In this document: one piece after another, positions 59,206 to 64,000 of the stretch
Position numbering within the stretch: the stretch's first letter is position 1
How the letters are laid out: each line of letters starts with the position of its first letter
Notes under the pieces: model-generated
Database searches by the model: none
The model's input: only the letters and a program-made list of their open reading frames with translations
Told to the model about the DNA's origin: nothing
Assembly: GCA_018659375.1 (NCBI GenBank)
Contig: JABJMO010000031.1
Location: 39,233-103,232, forward strand
DNA from: Methanobacteriota archaeon
GTDB lineage: Archaea > Thermoplasmatota > Poseidoniia > Poseidoniales > Poseidoniaceae
Length of the DNA: 64,000 nt
Reading direction: 5' to 3'
Translations under genes and position numbers: made by a program

Positions 59206-59874
59206 ATGCACGAATTAATCTACTTTGAATCACCTGGATATGCTGAGCCTACTAGACTTTGTTTGGAGTTGTCTGGACTACCATGGAAAAATACCACTGT
59301 TGAATGGGATGGTTACCAAGAATTGAAAAATAACGGTGAGTTGCCTTGGGGATACTTGCCAGTATTGAAAACTCCCAGTGGAACAATTGCCGAATCTGGG
59401 GCGTTAATGCGCTATGCTGCTTCAATAGCTGGACTAGAGCCTGAGGATCTTTACATGAGAGGAAAGGTTGATGAAATTATCGAGTTGATTAATGGGTGGA
59501 GGGTGTATTTTACCCCAACATTTTACATTGAAGATATTGAGGAAAAAGCTGCTGCGAGAAAGGCGTTGTTTGCTGAAGGTGGTAAAATTGATTTGGGATT
59601 AAGAGACTTAGAGTCGTTGATTAAGTCTTCAACTACGGGCTGGGTTGCCAACACCGAGAATATTAGTCTGGCAGATGTCAAGGCCTTTCTCAATATTTTC
59701 ATGATGTTTTCTGGACAGTTTGATGGTATTGATGCTTCAATGATTCAGCCATATCCAGCACTCCTTGAATATCACAATCATGTTGCTAATGAACCTAGAA
59801 TTAAATCATATTATGATAGAGATGATGAGTTACGCTGGGTATTCAAACCAGGGGCTTTCGATAATAATAATTGA
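59206..59874 (+). CDS. Glutathione S-transferase (cytosolic, sigma/alpha-like)
   Basis: Thioredoxin-like N-domain with LPWGYLPVLKTPSGTIAESGALMRYAA (G-site pattern), followed by a helical C-domain. Confidence 0.65.
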   Translation: MHELIYFESPGYAEPTRLCLELSGLPWKNTTVEWDGYQELKNNGELPWGYLPVLKTPSGTIAESGALMRYAASIAGLEPEDLYMRGKVDEIIELINGWRVYFTPTFYIEDIEEKAAARKALFAEGGKIDLGLRDLESLIKSSTTGWVANTENISLADVKAFLNIFMMFSGQFDGIDASMIQPYPALLEYHNHVANEPRIKSYYDRDDELRWVFKPGAFDNNN

Positions 59875-59962
59875 ATTTGTATGTACTAGCCTTCAATAAT
59901 TGGGCACATTTCATCTTGGTCGCAATAAATTATCGAATTGGCCCATAAATATTTATTTCTAA

Positions 59963-59969
59963 TTTTTTT
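59963..59969 (+). terminator. T7 run about 90 nt downstream of the GST stop (archaeal oligo-T terminator candidate)
   Basis: aatttttttc seen in sequence. Confidence 0.2.
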
Positions 59970-60108
59970 CACTCGCTTATTCTTGCAATATATTTTAGTT
60001 GATACAACAATCATATTCTCAATTATATATTGTCCATGGTACTAGATAAATCAATTGATTGATTTGTTAGCAAATGACCGATGGGTTGAGAAATAGGATA
60101 GAATAGCG

Positions 60109-61881
60109 ATGGTTATGTTGGGAAGGAGTTCGTCTCGGGCTGTGCTTCTTGTTTTGTTGATGTTTAGTGCCGCTTTCTCTGGTTGTTTTGGAGAAACCGA
60201 ACAAAGTGGAATTAATTCAGATAAGGATGTAGTAGTTACTCCGCAAACGCTTTCTGGCGGTGTTTTTCAGCCAATGACAATAACTGCTAAAGCTGATTTA
60301 TCTGTATTTGTCCCTTACTTGATTTTGAATGAAGACAATGGGTTTGTACAAAACTCTACAATAATAGATCTAAAATCTGATGAGTCAGTGCAATTGAATG
60401 TATTGGCGCCACCTAGAACCGATACTGCTGTTGTTTTACTCGGAGAATATGGTCGGGATGTTTGGCCTATACGTAACATTGATGAATCCTGGAAAACTTG
60501 GTTTGATAGAAGAGGTTATGATAGTAATGAAAACCCAAGTATTGAACGGATTCCTAGTGTCAATAACTCACTAGACACTATCGGTTACTCAAATATGTCA
60601 TCTGATTCTGTTGCTGTAACTAAATTGTCAATTAAGCGTCAAATGGCCGCAGCATATAGTGAGTCTGATGGTGGTAGACATTCTATGGGAGTTGTTAACG
60701 GAAGAACTACTTTCAATTATCTCAGCCTATTGTCAGATGAAAGTGCCGACATTACAGATCTAGCTGATGGGGCTAATGGGTATCTTGATAGGTGGGCTGG
60801 TCAAGGTAATGCTGCATATGAAGACGCTGCTCAATATCTTATACAAACACTGGAAAGTTTTGGTTTGGAAGTAATAACTCAAAGATTTGTTTATGATTCC
60901 TTGATGACTGGTGCCCAAAATCCTGAAGCATACAATATCTGTGGATATCGTTTTGGTGAAGTAGATCCTGATAAATGGATGGTGTTTGGAGCACACTTCG
61001 ATATTGCCCCACCTGTTAATGGTGGCATGCTTGACCCTCACATATTTGGTAGAACTTACGGAACTAGAGTTGGTGCTTATGACAACACTGCAGGAACTAG
61101 TATGGTATTGACAGTGGCAGAAGCTATGGCTGGATATAGTACAAGGAACACTATGGTATTCTGCCTTTGGTCTGGTGAAGAAGGTGGTAAGAGAGGTAGT
61201 GATTTCTGGACTGATTACTGGGTTAAGGAAGATAATCCTGATGTCGAGGTTACGAATTATGTTAACTTAGACATGGCTGGAGTTAACTGGCCTGGTGGCG
61301 GTGGTGCTCCTTGTGGCAACGGCCATGGTGGAGGAGATGGGAATTGTGACCCTGAGCCAGAAATAGACCCTGATGGTTATCCTAAAGATTCTGAAGTTTG
61401 GCCAATGCGTGTCTACATCGGACCAAGCCTGGACCATGATGTAATGAATCAACCAGGGATGGTTGGCCTAGCGATGTGGATTGGTTCTGATGCAATTGGT
61501 GTTGAAGAACAGGTTTCTCCATTAATTGGTGAGGGGTATGATGCTACTACGTGGAAGGTTGATGATTGGATGGCTAAAGACCGCCCTGAAATTATCGTCT
61601 ATGAAGACACAACTGCTAGGTCAGACCATGCCACATTCCAAGATAATTTAGGTACTGTTACTATGGGTTTTGGTGGTCTTGTTGATGGATATTGGTGTTA
61701 CCACCAAACCTGCGACACCGTAGATGAAATGATCGATTGGATGGATACGACTGGCAAGGATTACGGGGAAGAACAAACTGGAACTAGTAACTTGGTTGAT
61801 GCTCTTGACACAATTACTTGGTGGGCAACTTATTCATTCTTCCATCTTGACGAACAACCAATTAGAAATTCATATCTTTGA
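60109..61881 (+). CDS. Secreted M28-family aminopeptidase (lipoprotein-like signal)
   Basis: Signal LLMFSAAFSGC. M28 motifs GAHFDIAP, GAYDNTAGTS, WSGEEGGKRGS and NLDMAG. Gly-rich insert GGGGAPCGNGHGGGDGNC. Confidence 0.8.
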   Translation: MVMLGRSSSRAVLLVLLMFSAAFSGCFGETEQSGINSDKDVVVTPQTLSGGVFQPMTITAKADLSVFVPYLILNEDNGFVQNSTIIDLKSDESVQLNVLAPPRTDTAVVLLGEYGRDVWPIRNIDESWKTWFDRRGYDSNENPSIERIPSVNNSLDTIGYSNMSSDSVAVTKLSIKRQMAAAYSESDGGRHSMGVVNGRTTFNYLSLLSDESADITDLADGANGYLDRWAGQGNAAYEDAAQYLIQTLESFGLEVITQRFVYDSLMTGAQNPEAYNICGYRFGEVDPDKWMVFGAHFDIAPPVNGGMLDPHIFGRTYGTRVGAYDNTAGTSMVLTVAEAMAGYSTRNTMVFCLWSGEEGGKRGSDFWTDYWVKEDNPDVEVTNYVNLDMAGVNWPGGGGAPCGNGHGGGDGNCDPEPEIDPDGYPKDSEVWPMRVYIGPSLDHDVMNQPGMVGLAMWIGSDAIGVEEQVSPLIGEGYDATTWKVDDWMAKDRPEIIVYEDTTARSDHATFQDNLGTVTMGFGGLVDGYWCYHQTCDTVDEMIDWMDTTGKDYGEEQTGTSNLVDALDTITWWATYSFFHLDEQPIRNSYL

Positions 61882-61911
61882 ATAGGCTTTCTATGCTTTG
61901 GTAAAATGGTG

Positions 61912-61919
61912 TTTTTTTT
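61912..61919 (+). terminator. T8 run 31 nt after the M28 peptidase stop (archaeal oligo-T terminator candidate)
   Basis: ggtgtttttttta seen in sequence. Confidence 0.3.
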
Positions 61920-61962
61920 ATTAATATTTATTGTGGGTGATGAATTACCCGATATGAATATA

Positions 61963-62889
61963 TTAAAATATATAATCAACTGTGTTTTGTAAAAGTGCTG
62001 TAGGAGACCAAAAACCAAGAAACATACTTAGGACTGGAACTAAGAATATAAAGAATACACCATAGAATACTTGTTCATTCCAATCTTTTACCTTAGCACC
62101 ATCTAAAGGGCCCCATGGAATCATATTGAATAGTCCCAGAATTAGATTAGCTGAAAGCCACCAAACACCTGCATCGACCAACATTGATTGCCAAATTATT
62201 GAGTTTCCATCAACATATGCTCTACTTCCATTTTCTAGCATTGGAATGTTTGTTAGATCAAAAGACCCAGTAATGCCTAGAATAAGTACCCACATTGGTA
62301 TTCCTATTATGAATAAAGAGAGGTTTGTTAAAGGGCCGGCAACTGCAATATAGCCGTTATATCGCCTTTTTAGCAATCCGGAAACCATAACAGCGCCAGG
62401 AGCCATAAACAAAAAACCAAGGAAAAAGGACAACATTATGCCAAATCTCAACCCTTTGGGGTCTGCTCTAAATTCTGCCCAACAACCATATTTTTTAGCG
62501 ACTAATTTGTGACCAATCTCGTGCAAAATAAAAGCTGGGCCAACAGCAAAAAGCATTACTGGCATGGCTAATAGTAAAGTGATAATCCAAGTATTAATGC
62601 CTAGTGTTGAAATTCCACCTAACCCTCTTACAGCCATGAAACCAAGTGCTAATGTAAATGCTGCAGTTGCTAATAGTAAGTGTTGTTTTTCTATGTCGCT
62701 GAATTCCCAGATTTTTTTATTACCCGTTGGTTGGGGAGTGGTTTTCTTACCAGTAAACATATTTTGTAAATCATCAATAGTAAACATTGAGTTGCCTTTT
62801 GAAGATTCAGAAGAATGAATTCTACGTATTTTAGGTTGTGGAAATGGGTCTGTATCGACGATGTCGGCTCTTGGGTCGCGACTCGCCAT
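61963..62889 (-). CDS. Site-2 protease family (M50) intramembrane metalloprotease
   Basis: HEIGHKLVA (HExxH) within a TM helix, and a second motif NLILGLFNMIPWGPLDG. Confidence 0.85.
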   Translation of the reverse strand: MASRDPRADIVDTDPFPQPKIRRIHSSESSKGNSMFTIDDLQNMFTGKKTTPQPTGNKKIWEFSDIEKQHLLLATAAFTLALGFMAVRGLGGISTLGINTWIITLLLAMPVMLFAVGPAFILHEIGHKLVAKKYGCWAEFRADPKGLRFGIMLSFFLGFLFMAPGAVMVSGLLKRRYNGYIAVAGPLTNLSLFIIGIPMWVLILGITGSFDLTNIPMLENGSRAYVDGNSIIWQSMLVDAGVWWLSANLILGLFNMIPWGPLDGAKVKDWNEQVFYGVFFIFLVPVLSMFLGFWSPTALLQNTVDYIF

Positions 62890-62935
62890 GGATAATTGAA
62901 ATGCTCTAGTTTATTGAATCCTGTTACATAATGAT

Positions 62936-63009
62936 TTGATAGAATTGGTTCAAGAGTTTATTGATAGAATTAAAAATAAGGTATGTTTTAGGTTTGATTG
63001 ATAGCGATT
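62936..63009. promoter_or_regulatory. Repeated motif TTGATAGAATT (x2 exact, 62936-62946 and 62961-62971) plus variant TTGATAGCGATT (62998-63009)
   Basis: Seen in the 172-bp AT-rich divergent intergenic region between the M50 protease and ORF 63062. Confidence 0.3.
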
Positions 63010-63061
63010 GTATGGTTACTTGTAATCCTCTAAAAAATTTTTGAATATGGTTTGATTTGAT

Positions 63062-63529
63062 ATGAGAAATGAGACCAGTGATGCTATCAGTGATATCTTA
63101 TTCATGAATAGTCTGGGTTTTTCTGAAGAAAATATTGCTAAACTAAAACATATGTCAGTAATTGATGTAAAAGATATTATTAACTCTAATAAGGTTAGTT
63201 TTTCGAATAAAAAAAAGCAAAATACGATTCAAGATTTGGGTAATCAGAATAAGTGGAAAGATTCACCCCCTTCACCAATTGAAGCACAAGATATTGGCCA
63301 AGAAACTTGGAAAGATGGTGAGATAAACCAACAAGAATATTATGAAACAATGACAAAACCTAGTAAGGAAATTACTAGAGTAGATCGTTCCGATAGAATA
63401 GGTGAAGATTTTGATTTAGAATTAAAACTAAACAATGTTGATAATGAAGATGTGGTAAAGAAAATCAATTCTAGAGAAGAATGGAAAGAAATGATGGAAG
63501 AGTTAGATGGTTTTTTAGATGATTCTTGA
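63062..63529 (+). CDS. Hypothetical acidic protein (155 aa)
   Basis: ATG start, low-GC, K/E/D/N-rich, no recognised family. Confidence 0.4.
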   Translation: MRNETSDAISDILFMNSLGFSEENIAKLKHMSVIDVKDIINSNKVSFSNKKKQNTIQDLGNQNKWKDSPPSPIEAQDIGQETWKDGEINQQEYYETMTKPSKEITRVDRSDRIGEDFDLELKLNNVDNEDVVKKINSREEWKEMMEELDGFLDDS

Positions 63530-64000
63530 ATCTGGTTCTAGAATATTATTAGATGGGGATAATTCATAAGTTATTCTTTGTGTCCCTTTACCTTTTGATT
63601 TTTTACCAATTATATTTACTGAGCCAATTTCGACTAAATTTGACACATGAGTGCCGGCACAAGGACATAAATCAACATAATCGCCTATTTTTACAACTCT
63701 AAGATCTCTAACTGATTTAGGTAGTAAATTCATATTTGTTCTATCTGGTGGCATGATTGAATTTATTTCATCTCGTGTCATAATACCATCATCGACTATG
63801 ATAGATTGTTCGGTTAATTCGTTTGCTCTATCAGATAGCATGTTTAACATTTCTTCAGTAAATGATATTGGGTTAAAATCAATTCTTGAATGGGTTGCGT
63901 GTATTTGATTTCCAACCGTCCTAGCGCCATTAAAAATCTCATAAGCAAGTCCAGACATTACGTGTTGGGCTGTATGCATTTTCATATGACTATAACGCCT
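63515..64000 (-). CDS. alaX: Alanyl-tRNA editing protein AlaX (AlaRS second-additional-domain family), probably N-terminally truncated by the window edge
   Basis: Zinc motifs HTAQH and CPCAGTH. The frame remains open upstream of the track Met (..RRYSHMKMHTAQH), resembling the RR..M..HTAxH context of longer AlaX/AlaRS forms. Confidence 0.8.
   Translation of the reverse strand, partial: RRYSHMKMHTAQHVMSGLAYEIFNGARTVGNQIHATHSRIDFNPISFTEEMLNMLSDRANELTEQSIIVDDGIMTRDEINSIMPPDRTNMNLLPKSVRDLRVVKIGDYVDLCPCAGTHVSNLVEIGSVNIIGKKSKGKGTQRITYELSPSNNILEPDSRII

Noticed and set aside
60049-60060. Perfect 12-bp palindrome AATCAATTGATT about 50 bp upstream of the M28 peptidase
   Set aside because: It is too short and AT-rich to distinguish from chance in a 234-bp AT-rich spacer. 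It is mentioned only in connection with the TTGATTGAT motif.

Overview
This window reads as a compact archaeal chromosomal segment of about 60 protein genes. Most intergenic gaps are under 150 bp, and GC looks close to 40% by eye (not computed).

Archaeal origin is supported by a group II chaperonin (thermosome), primase large subunit PriL, deoxyhypusine synthase, diphthine synthase, geranylgeranyl reductase, Trm5, and Pcc1-like, MptE-like and DUF373-like genes. The gene content includes M14, M17, M28 and M50 peptidases, secreted repeat proteins, a sodium:solute symporter, PEPCK, KatG, DnaK and GST. That mix fits a marine planktonic heterotrophic euryarchaeote (Marine Group II/III-like). This placement is inference only.

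I found no rRNA, tRNA, CRISPR array, transposase, integrase or phage-like genes. The window looks like housekeeping core genome rather than an accessory island, and I cannot point to a clear-cut new defence or mobile system.

The items most worth a second look are:
1. An exact in-frame 57-bp tandem duplication of the agmatinase 3' end, inside a speB / speH-like / dys (polyamine-hypusine) module.
2. A chaperone cluster of a Met-rich sHSP-like protein, DnaK and thermosome, with no grpE or dnaJ next to dnaK.
3. A candidate extracytoplasmic copper module: SCO1, a His-rich LVIVD propeller, and a secreted protein predicted to mature with an N-terminal His.
4. A protein of about 1,297 aa with many membrane spans, interrupted by a charged coiled-coil, with no family I recognise.
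5. Several orphan genes and tight arrays, namely 9542-11067, 33634-35382 and GGR-HAD-NERD-SemiSWEET.

Three points about the supplied ORF track:
- Many ORF starts are TTG or GTG, and I moved them to the first plausible ATG.
- Two edge-truncated genes are missing from the track.
- One 41-codon zinc-ribbon ORF is also missing.
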